From Octopus sinensis (Eukaryota), in the NCBI RefSeq assembly GCF_006345805.1, contig NW_021834235.1, positions 7,027-71,026 on the forward strand: a stretch of DNA of 64,000 nucleotides. Reading direction: 5' to 3'. Below, one piece after another: positions 10,586-23,888 of the stretch (position 1 is the stretch's first letter; every line of letters starts with the position of its first letter). The position numbers and the translations under genes were made by a program. Under the pieces are notes generated by a model. The model saw nothing but the letters and a program-made list of their open reading frames with translations, did no database searches and had not been told where the DNA came from.

Positions 10586-11181
10586 ATAGGATTTAACCTT
10601 ATTCGGACCAGATTATTCGTTCTTTTCCCCACGGGTTGACGTTTCCCTTCTACGGTCATGTTTATCAATGACGGCTACAAGATAAACATCAACTTATATC
10701 TCTATATCTGCTACTAAATATGTGAGTGAAATCAAACTAGCAACATTTTCTTCTCACTTCATTGTATTATTTGTTTGTTTGTTTGTTTTTTTCCTGTTTT
10801 TTTTTTTTTTTTTTTCATTTCAATAAAGATCTACTTTTCGCTGCTATATAAAAATAGCTCTGTGAAACTCCATTATTTCTTTTATATGAAGTAGTTAAAA
10901 AAATATTTACTAAGTCAAACTTTTTATCTAAATTGAAACCACTTCACAGCGAAAACGCTTCGACATCAAATATTTTTCGTTGCCCTAAAAATGGCTGTTC
11001 TAGATAACAATTGTTATTCTAACTTAGGAGATGCTATTCGATTTTCTGGTGTCAACCAAAACCAGTTAATGTTGCCATTGAGAGGAGATGGAAAATGTAA
11101 ACAAAGCGCCGCCATCATCGCCATCATTCGACTCTCAGATAGCTGAGTATGAAACTGATCCATCACCACAAATGACGGCAG

Positions 11182-11238
<57 letters not shown>

Positions 11239-11546
11239 CATGCATCTACATATAGCTTTAAAGCAATTTAAAACCGCTGTTTAAAAATAGGTTTTGCAAA
11301 TTCTAAGCTATCGTTTAACAACAGAGGAATTTTTGATGCGTTTAACGTAAAATTCCCTAATTACTGTCTTATTAATGACTTAATGATGATGATATTAAGA
11401 CATGCGATAACACATATTAGGTCAATGGTTCTCAAAGGGAGCAGGGAATGATACATCTTTTAATTGCCCTAATTTTCAGAAATATTTTTCAGTTTTTTTT
11501 TTTTTTTTTAATCTGCGAATCATCTGCTAATATTAATGCTTGAAGT

Positions 11547-11765
11547 AAGGCGACGAACTGGCAGAATCGTTAGCACACCCGACAAAATGCTTAGCAACAT
11601 TTCGTTTGTCTTTACATTCTGAGTTCAAACTTCACCGAGGTCGACTTTACTTTTATATTTTCGAAGGTCGATAAAATAAGTCCCAGTTAAGTACTGGGAT
11701 CGATGTAATCGACTTAATCCCCACCCCGAAGTTGCTGATCTTCTGCTAAAAAGTTTGAACCCAAT
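11547..11765 (+). mobile_element. SINE family A monomer
   Basis: aaggcgacgaactggcagaatcgttagc head, gaggtcgacttt core, ctgggatcgatgtaatcgact. Confidence 0.75.
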
Positions 11766-12689
11766 ATCAATGACTGAAATATTGCTATCATATTCCCAAT
11801 AATATTTCAATGGTGATCAACCTGTCAGCAGCAATATTTTTTGGAGTGTTTTGTTGAATCTAGTAAGGCGGCGATGATGTACTACGGAATGTGAGAAACT
11901 CTGAAGTACATTATCAATATTGTTTGCATACAGCTGTTATCATGTTTAAAGAACATCTAGAAAATGTCTGCAACATGTGGCTATGAAATAACGTAAACAA
12001 TGCGGATGGATAACAAAACAAGAGGTGAACATCGGAATTCGACATTTAAATGTCATTATAAGGTGTAAGGTGAATATTTTCTCACCAGACAAACTACATC
12101 GTATGAAGAAAAATCACTAAGATGTATGGCAGAGCTTCTATACTCCAATCCCGCGAGGAGAAATTAATAAATTTAAATCTCGATCTCAAACTAATGCTGA
12201 TCGGGAACAATTGGAGAAACAGGGGAATGAGAGATAAAAGAGAAGAACATATTTGAGGAAATCGGATATACTTAAAATACAACAGTATCCCCGAACGGGA
12301 CTTCAATCAGTCGCAAGATATTTATTTACAGTTGAGTAGACTGGTGCAAATTCGCGATGTAGAAACAGTACTGTATATCTATTATTATTATTTTTATAAG
12401 TTGTATATATTTATTTTATTATAAATGCAAAACAACACCACGGAGGAATCGACGTAAGAACTTAAATAACAAACCGGGATAGGTGAACCACGATATGGCG
12501 AGGGATTACTGTATTAGTTCGTTGAGTTAAAAACGAAAGCTCGAATCGTGACGTAGTGTAACAAGGACGAGTCCAAAAACGTCAGCACATCCTATCAACG
12601 GCAGCGTCATCCCCAAGTTTACGAAAAACATAGCCATTTTTGACTTCTTTGTGGTTTCACTATCATGATCATGATCATCATCACCATCA

Positions 12690-12905
12690 AGGTCAGCCCC
12701 TGAATATTACGGTTTCGAGTCTTAGGACGTATAGGGCCGGTTACTCAGTTTCCTTGGCAGAGAAGTGACTCAGATCACAACAGTATCCCCGAACGGGACT
12801 TCAATCAGTCGCAAGATATTTATTTACAGTTGAGTAGAAATGAAGTGTTTTGCTCAAGAACACAACGCACTGTCGAGTCTAGGAATCGAAACGACGATCT
12901 AGCTC
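12690..12905 (-). mobile_element. SINE family C variant, degenerate
   Basis: aaatgaagtgttttgctcaagaacacaacgc...aggaatcgaaac matches the reverse complement of the element at 34806. Confidence 0.5.
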
Positions 12906-13390
12906 TCTGTTGAGGTACGCTAACCCAGCAATTCTGCAATAGAAAGTCACCTGGAGGGGTCTGGATCGAGACGTACCAATTTTTTTTCACCAGTTTACTT
13001 TGAAAGCAAAACGCATTTTCTTAAAAACTTAGTTGATATTTTCCAAAAATCGGGATTAGATGATATCACAGGAGTTATCTCCCGTGCTTGATATTTTTAG
13101 ATTTTAAAAAGCATTGGAAGAAGTTTCTTGTCCCCTTGATTGCAAAAATGGTTTCATTTAAATTTTCAACTGAATGATCTTGCATATTTGAGGCTCTAGC
13201 ATGTATATCCAGAACCATTTGCTAAGGTTACACTGTGTGCACGAAATTATTCCCTAGAATTTAAAAGAGAACATTTAATTGTCTGACACAGTATTCTTCA
13301 AAATATACAACCCTCATTGTGTGTATTTTAAAATTGAATAAGGTCCTTCATTAGAAGAGATTTAAAAGCAACATGCACCACTCATAGGCA

Positions 13391-13427
<37 letters not shown>

Positions 13428-13445
13428 TTAGATAGACAGACAGAC

Positions 13446-13534
<89 letters not shown>

Positions 13535-13555
13535 TTGCTTATGCTATAAGATTTT

Positions 13556-13754
13556 AGACACTTCGAGAAAACGTGAAATATTTCGTTTTTAACAGTTCAA
13601 CTCGAAGTAGATGAAGCTATAAATAATAGCATGAAATATTGTGTTAAAAAAATTTTTGGACAGAAAAAGTTGAACGTTGCCCTTGAGACTCGAACCGACA
13701 TCTTCGAGTTCAACCGTTAAAAACGAAATATTTCACGTCCTCCCGAATTTTCTA
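13556..13754. mobile_element. MITE-like element with about 52-bp terminal inverted repeats
   Basis: acgtgaaatatttcgtttttaacagttcaactcgaag (13571-13607) vs cttcgagttcaaccgttaaaaacgaaatatttcacgt (13702-13738); the match extends outward with mismatches. Confidence 0.7.
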
Positions 13755-13984
13755 TGACATAAACAACCCAAAATGCTCGCGAATAAGAATAAAGTCTCTA
13801 AAATGCGACTCGAGAAATTCGCAGTATTGCTTTGATCCAATGATAGAGCATCTCTCATGTTTAAAGAAGATGCGGGTTCGTTTCGCACGGGCGACCCTCA
13901 ACTTTCTCTATTCAAAAGGATTTTTTAACCCCAATATTTACACACTATTATCTGTGGCATTATCTACTTCGAATTCAACGAATG

Positions 13985-14345
13985 TATTCTTTTATTCTCT
14001 TACTTGTTTCAGTCATCTGATTGCGGCCGTGCTGGAGCACCGCCTTTTAGTCGAACAAATGGATCCCCCAGGACTTATTCTTTGTAAGCCTAGTATTTAT
14101 TCTATCATACTCTCTTGCCGAACCGCTAAGTTACGGGGACGTAAATACACCAGCATTGGTTGTCAAACGATGGGGGACAAACACAGACACACAAAAATTG
14201 ATATATATATATATACGACGGGTTTCTTTCAGTTTCCGTCTACCAAATCCACTCACAATGCTTTGGTTGCCCCGATGCTATAGTAGAAGACATTTGCCAA
14301 AGGTACCATGCAGTAGGACTGAACCCGGAACCACACAGCCACGCG
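13985..14345 (-). mobile_element. SINE family B
   Basis: cttttattctcttacttgtttcagtc...acgacgggtttctttcagtttccgtctacc...gcagtaggactgaacccgg. Confidence 0.8.
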
Positions 14346-14361
14346 TGCGTCTATATGTTTC

Positions 14362-14815
14362 CTATCTTTCATCTTTTACCACAGTCATTTGACTGCGGTT
14401 ATGCTGGGTTACCACCTTGAACGGTTCTAGTCGAACAAATCGACAGCAGCACTTATTTATTTTAATCCCAGTACTTATTCTATCGGCTCTTTTTCCGAAT
14501 GGCTAAGTTACGGGGACATAAACATACCAGCACCGGTAGTCAAGCGGTAGTCACACACGCACACATACACACACATATGTGTGTGTGCGTGTGTGTGTAT
14601 GTATATGTGTGTATGTATGTATGTATGTATCTATGTATGTATGCATGCATGCATGCATGCATGTATGTATGTATACGGCGGGCTTCTTTCAGTTTCCGTC
14701 TACCAAATCCACTCACAAGGCTTTTAGTCGGACCGTTGCTATAGCAGAAGACACTCGCCTAAGGTGGGACTGAACCCGGAACTATGTGACTGGGAAGCAA
14801 GCTTCTTATCCCACA
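14362..14815 (-). mobile_element. SINE family B
   Basis: Same two-module architecture with a central (CA/TG/ATGT)n tract. Confidence 0.8.
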
Positions 14816-15964
14816 ACTCATATACATATATATATATATACGCACATAATATATGTGTGTGTGAGGGTATATATGCACCTATACGTAAAACTGTAGGTTT
14901 ACCAAATGCTCTACGCACTTACGTCTATAGGGCGAGAGTGAAAAAAAACGCACGAGAAAAGCACAGATTCGTTTTATCCATTTGCACACACACACACACA
15001 TATACACACATACAGACACACAACCGCACACACACACACACGCACGCACGCACGCACATTACCCCCCCCCCCGTCACCACGGACACATTCACGCCCATTT
15101 ATACATTTATGTATAAGAGTGATTGTATATCATAATGTCGCATGTTATTTTTATAAAAGCATGTGTTGTTGTTGATAAAGAAGCGTGGAGATTTCTAGAA
15201 GGCGTGAGAAAGAGATAAAAAGAGAACAACAAGACTGAGAACAGACCAGACGAAGGAGGAGGGGGGAGTGAGAACGTAATGAGTTGATAGGGAGCAAAAA
15301 AAAAAGGGGCAAAAGAGTGGCAGGAAGAGAAGAGATCAGAGAGAGAGAGAAAGTGATGGAGGGGTTTTGTGTGGGAGAGGAACACGCTTCTACGAGACCA
15401 AGAAAAATATAAATGTGTGTACACACACACACACACACACATTATATATATATAATATATATAAAGAGACGGGGAGAGAGAGTGAGGGAGAGAGAAAAAT
15501 ACGCTACTAACGAAAAGCTTCCGACATTTATATTCATTTCTGTGCGAAATATCACACCAGGGTGGTACTTAATAATTTCAGCATTCTCCTCAAGAATGGT
15601 ATGCGACGTAATTCATTTGTGTGAGAAATTTTAAAATTCCAGAAGTTTCTCAGCTTCGTTTTAAGCACTGGGTGTAAAACTACGGGCTTAGCTTCCTCCA
15701 TGTTTCCCTCTCTCTCTCACTCTCACTCTCATTTTCTCTCTCTCTTTTCACTCTCTTCTCTTCTCTCTCTCTCTCTCTCTCTCTCTCACTCACACTTTCT
15801 CTCTGGATTCCATCGATGTCGTTCTGGCTTTTGATCTCTAATATATTGTCTTGTGAATGAATTTGATTGACGGTAACAGTGCAAGCCCGTCACACACGCA
15901 CACACACACACACGCGCGCATACCCCCTCCCCCACGCGCGCGCGCATATCTTATTTGGAGTTTA

Positions 15965-16032
15965 GGCCAGCTAAGCCACCGTCGGACTGTACGATCAATG
16001 GCTTCACTGGCCGAAACTTCGAAGTCACTGAC
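15965..16032 (+). ncRNA. 3' two-thirds of a hammerhead-like motif (CUGANGA absent)
   Basis: GGCCAG...CTGGCC-GAA-ACTTCGAAGT-C-ACTGAC: stem II, palindromic stem III and a GUC triplet, followed by AATAAA. Confidence 0.3.
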
Positions 16033-16059
16033 AATAAAATCCTTGTTTAAGAATAATAA

Positions 16060-16365
16060 ATTCATAGAGGACCCCATTACATGCTGGAGCACCACCTTTA
16101 GTCGAAGAACTCGACCCCAGGACTTATTCTTTGTAAGTGTAGTACTTATTCTATCGTTCTCTTTTGCCGAAGTGCTAAGTTACCAGGACATAAACCCACC
16201 AACATCGGCCGTCAAGCGATAGTCATGGGGGACAAACTCAGACCACACACACACACATACACACACCACACAACACACACCATATATATATCTATATATA
16301 TATATAATAATATATATATATATATATATACGACGGGCTTCTTTTAATTTCCGCCTACCAATTCC
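16060..16365 (-). mobile_element. SINE family B (head truncated)
   Basis: catgctggagcaccacctttagtcg...gggacaaactcaga-(CA)n(TA)n-cgacgggcttc. Confidence 0.75.
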
Positions 16366-16429
16366 AGGGCTAAACGCAAAATACAGGATAATGTGTTAAA
16401 AAGTGTTAAAAATAAGCAATAGAGTGAAA

Positions 16430-16650
16430 CATCTATTTCCGCGCATACTCGCATGTACTCTTTCTCTTACTCTTTCCTCCTGTTTCTGTTGTACCTGTAT
16501 TTCGAAGGGGCAGCCTTGTCACACTCTGAGTCACGCTGAATCTCCCCGTGTCTGTAGAGTGCTCAGCCACCTGCACGTTAATTTCACGAGCAGGCTGTTC
16601 GGTTGATCGGATCAACTGGAACCCACGTCGTCGCAACCGACGGAGCACCA
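16430..16650 (+). mobile_element. SINE body related to family D
   Basis: tgtactctttctcttactctttcctcctgtttctg is shared with the reverse complement of the 18278/56319 elements. The ctgcacgttaatttcacg motif recalls the Deu/Nin-type central domain (from memory). Confidence 0.5.
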
Positions 16651-16674
16651 CGAATATATATATGTATATATATA

Positions 16675-16720
<46 letters not shown>

Positions 16721-16723
<3 letters not shown>

Positions 16724-17035
16724 CGTCGAGCTTACGATCGTGAGGTTGTGAGCTCGAATCCCGGACCGGGCTGCGTGTTGTGTTCATGAGCAAGGCACTT
16801 TATTTCACGTTGCTCCAGTTCACTCAGCTGTAGAAATGAGTTGCGACGTCACTGGTGCCAAGCTGTATCGACCTTTGTCTTTCCCTTGGATAACACTGGT
16901 GGCGTGGAGAGGGGAGGCTTGTATGTATGGGCGACTGCTAGTCTTCCATAAACAACCTTGCCCGGACTTGTGTCTAGGAGGGTAACTTTCTAGGTGCAAT
17001 CCCATGGTCATTCATGACCGAAGGGGGTCTTTACC

Positions 17036-17039
<4 letters not shown>
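16721..17039 (+). mobile_element. tRNA-derived SINE family C
   Basis: gagcgtcgagcttacgatcgtgaggttgtgagctcgaatcccgg head, gtgttcatgagcaaggcacttta domain, ggtctttaccc end. About 90% similar by eye to the 51383 copy. Confidence 0.85.
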
Positions 17040-17069
<30 letters not shown>

Positions 17070-17214
17070 CAACTGACATTGATTTGTTCAACTAATCCCT
17101 CCAAGGCGGTTCCCCAGCATGGTCGCCGTCCAATGATTGAAACAAGTAAAACGTAAATAAAAGAAATTTATAAGGCTAATTCCAGAGCCGTTGAAGTCAG
17201 ATTTCTTACTAGGC

Positions 17215-17462
17215 ATTCATGTACGTCTTTGTGTCAGTGTTTGTCTTCCACCACCGCGTGACAACCGGTATTGGTGTGTTTATGTCCCCGTAACTGAGCG
17301 GTTCGGCAAAATGACCGATAGAATAAGTATTAGGTTTGAAAAAAAAAAGAAGAGAACTGGGTTCGATTCATTCGACTAATAGTTTTTCAACGCTGTGCCC
17401 GAGCATGGCCGCAGTCTAATGACTGAAACAAATGAAAGATTAAAAAAAAAAGATAAAAGATA
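17215..17462 (+). mobile_element. SINE family B, 3' module
   Basis: gacaaccggtattgg...ccccgtaactgagcggttcggc...cagtctaatgactgaaac. Confidence 0.7.
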
Positions 17463-17509
17463 TGGATGTAGACATATTTTTGAAGAAATCAATTTTACGT
17501 GTTTTATTT

Positions 17510-17915
17510 ATCTTTTATCCTCCATTTTGTACGTGTTTCAGTCATTGTTCTGCGGCCATGCTGGGGCACCGTCCAGCAATCGAACCTAATACTTATCTCT
17601 TTTTATCTGATGCTAATATTATCGATCTCTTTTCCCGAACTGCTAAGTTACGGGGACGTAAACAAACCAGCGCCGATTGTTAAGCGATGCAGACTAAACA
17701 AAAATACACCTTGTGCACACACACACACACACCACACACGCACAAATATGTGTGTGGTTGTGCTCTGTATGTCTGTGCGTGCACCAGGGGTTTCCGTCTA
17801 CCAAATCCTCTCAGAAGGCACTGGGCGGTCCAGAACTATAGAAGACACTCACGCAAGGTGCTGTGCTGGAACTATGTGGAAGCAAAGCAAACCTCTGAAC
17901 CACACAACAAGGCCT
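17510..17915 (-). mobile_element. SINE family B
   Basis: gtttcagtcattg...gctaagttacggggacgtaaac...tttccgtctaccaaatcc...caaggtgc. Confidence 0.75.
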
Positions 17916-18014
17916 ATGGAATTATTTCAAACTTCAGAGATAAATGAAAGTTGAAAATAGTAAGATAAAATGTAAAAACAAAAGCCAATAAAAGAAGGTC
18001 TATGTAACTCTTTA

Positions 18015-18195
18015 ATTTGCTAGAAATATCAGCCAAATCTTTTTCAAATCGTACCATATCGTCTGGAAGGAAGGACACATTTTAAACGTCGTCCTTGATA
18101 TACGAGGATAAAAAAGGCGGGTTTGTTTACTAGATGGCGCATCAATGATCGATAGGTCTGCTCGCTCAGGACTAACCTGAAACTAAACAACAACA
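18015..18195 (+). mobile_element. Unclassified interspersed repeat with (AAC)n end; partial copies near 3735, 22660 and 38955
   Basis: The motif gctagaaata(g/t)cagccaa recurs at these positions. Confidence 0.5.
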
Positions 18196-18217
18196 ACAAC
18201 TACTACTACTACTACTG

Positions 18218-18249
<32 letters not shown>

Positions 18250-18277
18250 GCTACTGCGGCTGCTGCTCTGTTTGTTT

Positions 18278-18628
18278 GTTGAGCGAAGCGGTCTTCGTCC
18301 CAGTGGGAGAAATCCAAAACGTGGTCCTTTGCTATTCGTAAGACCCGTTGAAGAGAAAGCAGGTCAACCCCCGACACCGAGAGCATCGACGGATGGATGA
18401 ATGCGCATCCAGGCTCAGCGGTCGCATAGGAAGTAGGGGACAAGAAACAGGAAGAAAGAGTGAGAGAAAGTTGGGGCGAAAGAGTACAACACGGGTCGCC
18501 ACCGACCCCTGCCAGGGCCTCGTAGAGTTTTAGGTGTTTTCGCTCAATAAACACACAGAACGCCGGTCTGGGAATCGAAATCGCGATCCTCCGACCGCGA
18601 GTCCGCTGCCCTAACCATTGAGCTCCAT
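18278..18628 (-). mobile_element. tRNA-derived SINE family D
   Basis: Minus-strand head caatggttagggcagcggactcgcggtcggaggatcgcgatttcgattccc; close match to 56319-56689. Confidence 0.85.
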
Positions 18629-19239
18629 TTGTTGGAAACACGTTAAAACACGTACAAGTCCTTTCCCCAGTTCGTTAGCTTCACGCATTATACACACATT
18701 ATACACGCATTAAACATGTATGCATGTATATAACGTATAAAGCGTTTTCTAACATAGGTACATGTCTGCAGAATTTTGAGTGAAGAGGAACATGCGGGAT
18801 TTGTTTTCTCACTGAATTTGAGGGAATTATGTCGATTCCTCTATTCCAGTTGTACTTATTTTATCGACCCCGGAAGAATGAAATACAAATTTGACCTTGA
18901 CAGCATTAGAAATCAGAACGAAAAGAACCCTAAATAAGTATCAAATGGCATTTTCTTTGTCCTTCTAGCGATTCTGGCACACGCATGACTCGTCTTTCTA
19001 GACGGACACACCTAATTGGAAGTTAAATTTAGCGCTCCAATATTAAACGTATCCTCGTTACACCGTGACATTTCCTGCATTCCGTAGGCTGCTTCCCCAC
19101 AAACCGCTACTGCCTAAATATTTGTACAACTACGCATGCACACACACGCACGCACACACACACACACACACACACATTAGTTTAATACATACTTTAAAAC
19201 AGTCTCTATCCATATCTATCTATCTATCTATCTATATCT

Positions 19240-19282
<43 letters not shown>

Positions 19283-19459
19283 CTTTCTCCCTGTATGTAT
19301 ATACATATATGTTTGTATGCACGTGTGTGTGAATACATATAAATAGGCGTAGAAATATATAAATACATACACACACACGTACATATATGCAAACATCCTC
19401 ACGTACACACATCAATCCACCATCTACCTACCTACCAACCTACCTACCTTACTATCTAA

Positions 19460-19538
<79 letters not shown>

Positions 19539-19984
19539 AATGATAATCGATTAAGTAACCAGAAAATGGATTTGATGTTATAAAGATTTATGCCAAATCC
19601 ATCTTCTATCGTTATCTCAACTAACACTGAAGACTTTCTGAACTAGATCCAACGGAAATATACTCCAACTGCGGATGACACCAGGTAGCCCGAACCGTAC
19701 CAGTGCTTTACTCAACTCCTCCAAACTCTTATCGACACATACCCATTAGTTCAAAATATTACACACACACACACACACACACATACACACATTATTATTA
19801 TCATCATCATCATCATCATCATCATTATTATTATTATTGTTGTTGTTGTTATTGTTGAGACGTTGCACACCAGCTGATCTCAGTACACACCCGTTAGTCG
19901 AGCTGGGAAACTTGTAATAGATCCATACTGCATACGATGATTTACTATAACATACATATATGCGCACATTACATCAATATTGTG

Positions 19985-20222
19985 TCAACGTGAACGTAAA
20001 CACACCAACACCGGTTGTCAAGCGGTGGTGGGGGACATACACGGATACAAAGATACATACATGCACACACAGGTATGTATACAACCTCCGTCCAACGAAA
20101 TCCACTCACAAGGCTCTCGTTGGCCAAAGGCTACAGCAGAAGACACCTGCCAAGGTGCCGCGCAGCGGGACCGAACCCAGAGCCAAGTGGTTGGGAAGCA
20201 AGCCTCTCACCACATAGCTACC
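19985..20222 (-). mobile_element. SINE family B, internally deleted
   Basis: caacaccggttgtcaagcggtgg...aaatccactcacaagg...aaggtgccgcgcagcgggaccgaaccc. Confidence 0.7.
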
Positions 20223-20574
20223 TGCGACTGGTTCAAATATTATAATTATTTCATTTAATTAGTAGATTTCAAAAACTATAGTATTAAAACATAATTAGCG
20301 CTAATTAAATACTGTAGTTAAATTAATTAATGCCATTTAAATATTACAGTATTTAATTTAATTAGCACCGATGAATTGCTGTAGTAGTTTACATGATTAA
20401 CACTAATTAAACGCCGTATTAGTTAATTACTTTACGTATAGAGTTCAAAATCTCGCAGGTGGTCAAGTCACTCAGTATTCCACGGTTATTAAAACAAGTA
20501 CCAGTAAAATACTTGGGTTAATTTAATCGATCATTGACTCCTTCCCAATACATAGTTCCGGGTTCAGTCCCACT

Positions 20575-20850
20575 GCGTGGTATCTTGGGCAAGTGTCTTC
20601 TACTATAGCCTTGGGCCGACCAAAGCCGTGCGAATGGATTTAATGAACGGAAACTGAAAGAAGCCCGTCTTATTATATATATATATATATATTATATATA
20701 TGTGTTGTGTGTGTGTTGTGTGTGTGTGTGTGTGTGTGGTGTGTGTTGTGTGTGTGTGTGTTGCGTGTGTGTGTGGTGTGTGTGTTTGTGTGTGTGTATA
20801 TGTTTGTGTGTGTATGTTTGTCCTCCCATCATCCATAACCAATCGCTTTT
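20575..20850 (+). mobile_element. SINE family B head plus microsatellite
   Basis: gttccgggttcagtcccactgcgtgg...cttgggcaagtgtcttctactatagcc...ggaaactgaaagaagcccgtc. Confidence 0.75.
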
Positions 20851-21154
20851 TTTATAATTGGTCAGCAGGAGAGGGTTGTGCCCATGGCCCTTACACACCA
20901 ACTGTCGTCTTGGACATATAATGACTTAAAAAGAAGTCGCGATGGGCATGACGAAAGCGCCTTTAATTACAGATGTGCACAGCCAGAACAGACAAGAAAC
21001 AACTACAAAAGGGCAACCTTAATTCTTCCTCCAAACCCTCATTCACTGCGTAACTATTGCACACACACACACACACACAGTATATATATATATAATGTCA
21101 ACTGGTTATACATATATTTCCTGCCATTCATTCGTCATACACTCATTCATTAAT

Positions 21155-21547
21155 ATTGATTTCAAATCTTGGCACAGGGCTAGCAATTTCGGCGGAAAGG
21201 GTAAGTCAATTACAATGGTCGACTGATTCCTATTTTATCGACCCCGAAAGGATGAAAAACAAAGTTGAACTCAGCGGAATTTGAACTCAAAAGGTGAAGA
21301 CGGACGAAATACCTATTTCTTTACTACCCACAAGGGTCTAAACACAGAGAGGAAAAACAAGGACAGACAAACGGATTAAGTCGATTATATCGACGCCAGT
21401 GCGTAACTGGTACTTATTTAATCGACCCCGAAAGGCTGAAAGGCAAAGTCGACCTCGGCGGAATTTGAACTCAGAACGCAACGGCAGACGACATACCGCT
21501 AAGCATTTCGCCCGGCGTGCTAACGTTTATGCCAGCTCGCTGCCTTA
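21155..21547 (-). mobile_element. SINE family A dimer (184-bp period)
   Basis: Equivalent a(a/c)atac positions at 21307 and 21491. Confidence 0.85.
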
Positions 21548-21571
21548 ATAATAATAATAATAATAATAATA

Positions 21572-21600
<29 letters not shown>

Positions 21601-21602
<2 letters not shown>

Positions 21603-21810
21603 TGTTTCTTTATTGCCCACAGGGGACTAAACATAGAGGGGACAAACAAGGACAGCCAGAGTGATTAAGTCGATTACATCGACTCCAGTGCGTAACTGGT
21701 ACTTATTTAATCGACCCCCGAACGGCAGCTTCGGCGGAATTTGAACTCAGACGAAATACTGCTAAGCATTTCGCCCGGCGTGCTAACGATTCTGCCAGCT
21801 CGCCGTCTTA
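21601..21810 (-). mobile_element. SINE family A with internal deletion, separated from the previous copy by (AAT)n
   Basis: Linker, truncated core and head present. Confidence 0.8.
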
Positions 21811-22261
21811 TTACCAACTTGATTAATGAATGAACATATGGAGATTGCCGCGTAGTTAAATCTGTTGTGTTTGACGGCAATACTTTCTTTTTATAGGCAT
21901 CCATTGTAAGCAAACATGCTTATCGTTTACTATACATACATTCTTTTATACTGACATGTGTACAGTCTTTCGTCTACAGTTGTGTATAAGGACGATATGT
22001 TGTGTAATGAGAGTAATACTGATGAGAGTGGGGGAGAGAGAGAAAGAGTAAGAGAAGAATAAAGGGAGAGTGAGGGCGAGAGAGAAAGAGTGAGGGAAAA
22101 AGAAAGAGGGCTAGAGAGAGAAACAGAAACAAACAAATCAGTTACCGAGAAACATTTCACGCACGCACACGCACGCATGTAAATATACAAATACACACAG
22201 ACATAGATGTGTGTGTGTGTGTGCGTATGTGTGTGTGTGTGGGTGTGTTTGTGTGTGTGTG

Positions 22262-22292
<31 letters not shown>

Positions 22293-22487
22293 AGTGTGTG
22301 TGGGTGTGTACGTGTGAATTTCTAAAGGGAAATGTGGCCCAGCGTAGTGACAGAGGAATTTACGGGATTAAACGCATCTATTTATGTATGCACAGACAGA
22401 CAGACAGACACATACACACACACACACACACACACGCACACACACATATACACACACACACACGTACGCATGCACATAAAGTGAAGT

Positions 22488-22524
<37 letters not shown>

Positions 22525-22582
22525 GTATATACACACACACATGTTCATATATATATATGTACGTATGTATGCATGAAAAGTT

Positions 22583-22622
<40 letters not shown>

Positions 22623-23492
22623 TAGGGTTCAGCAAAGATTTGCTTTACCGCATACCGAAATTTGGAAATAGCAGCCAAAGAACCTTAGCTATTTCCTCTA
22701 CTTTAAGAAGAGACTCCCGGAAAAAACATTACCGAGAAATGGCCCTTTTCATGCCGAATTCTACTCGGTGAAATTATTGATTACTAGTTATTAGTTAATT
22801 TTACCCTTTGTTATTATATATATATAATATTATATCTATATATATATATATATATATATATACTGTGTGTCTGTGTTTGCGTTTGCCCCCCATCACTGTT
22901 TATAACCATTGTTGGTTTATTTAGAAATCTTAGCTCTTCAGCAAAAGCGACCGAAAGAAGAACCACGCTTAAGAAAAAGTTAGCTTTGGGGATAATTCAT
23001 TCGATTAAAACCTATCAAGGCAGCACCCCAGCATGGCCGCACTCTAATGACTGAAACATGTAAAAGATATATATATATATATATATAATATAAATACGGT
23101 TACGTACAGGTATATTCGCCCCTTGAATGAACAGCATTGTGATTACTACCTTCCATTCTCTCCTATCAGCTGATATGTTCTGTTATCTAATATAATCAGC
23201 TGAAAAACTTGGATTTTGATTTTAAAACTTCGCAAGCTTTTTACTGATTTCACCGGCGGCAGACGACTGGATTAGTTCTCACATCTCACAGAGCTGAAAG
23301 ACATGGTGTTGGGCCGCGCTTTCGACCATGTAACCTCTCATCAATCCAAAGCTTTGACTGGTTCTTCTCTACTTGCGGACCCAGAAAGAATGAAAAGCAA
23401 TGATGACCTGGGCTAGATTCGATTCGGGACGCAGAATAGTCGGAAGAAATACAGTAAACCAAACATTCTTTATGACACTTAACTGTTCTGAC

Positions 23493-23537
<45 letters not shown>

Positions 23538-23552
23538 ACATCTGTATGTTTG

Positions 23553-23595
<43 letters not shown>

Positions 23596-23856
23596 GTATG
23601 TATGTATGTATGTTTGTATGCATATGTGCACTCACTTACATACACCTGCAAATCCGAAAGTGTATCGGGAAAAGCAAAAGAATTTTTGTGAGGGAAAAGA
23701 AGTGGTTGAGAGAGTAGAAAAGGAAGGAAGCTTGAGTGTGTGAAAGCGCGTGTGTGTTTATGTGGCCGCAAATGTGTGTATGTGTTGTAAGTGTATATTT
23801 GAACGCTTGTTAACGCCTGTGTGTGCGTGTGTGAATGTTTGTTTATGTGTGTGACT

Positions 23857-23888
<32 letters not shown>

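Noticed and set aside
16721-16790. tRNA-like sequences at SINE heads (also 28869, 34806, 51383, 56640, 59197)
   Set aside because: A/B boxes are present, but they continue into SINE bodies or tails and lack a complete cloverleaf acceptor stem.
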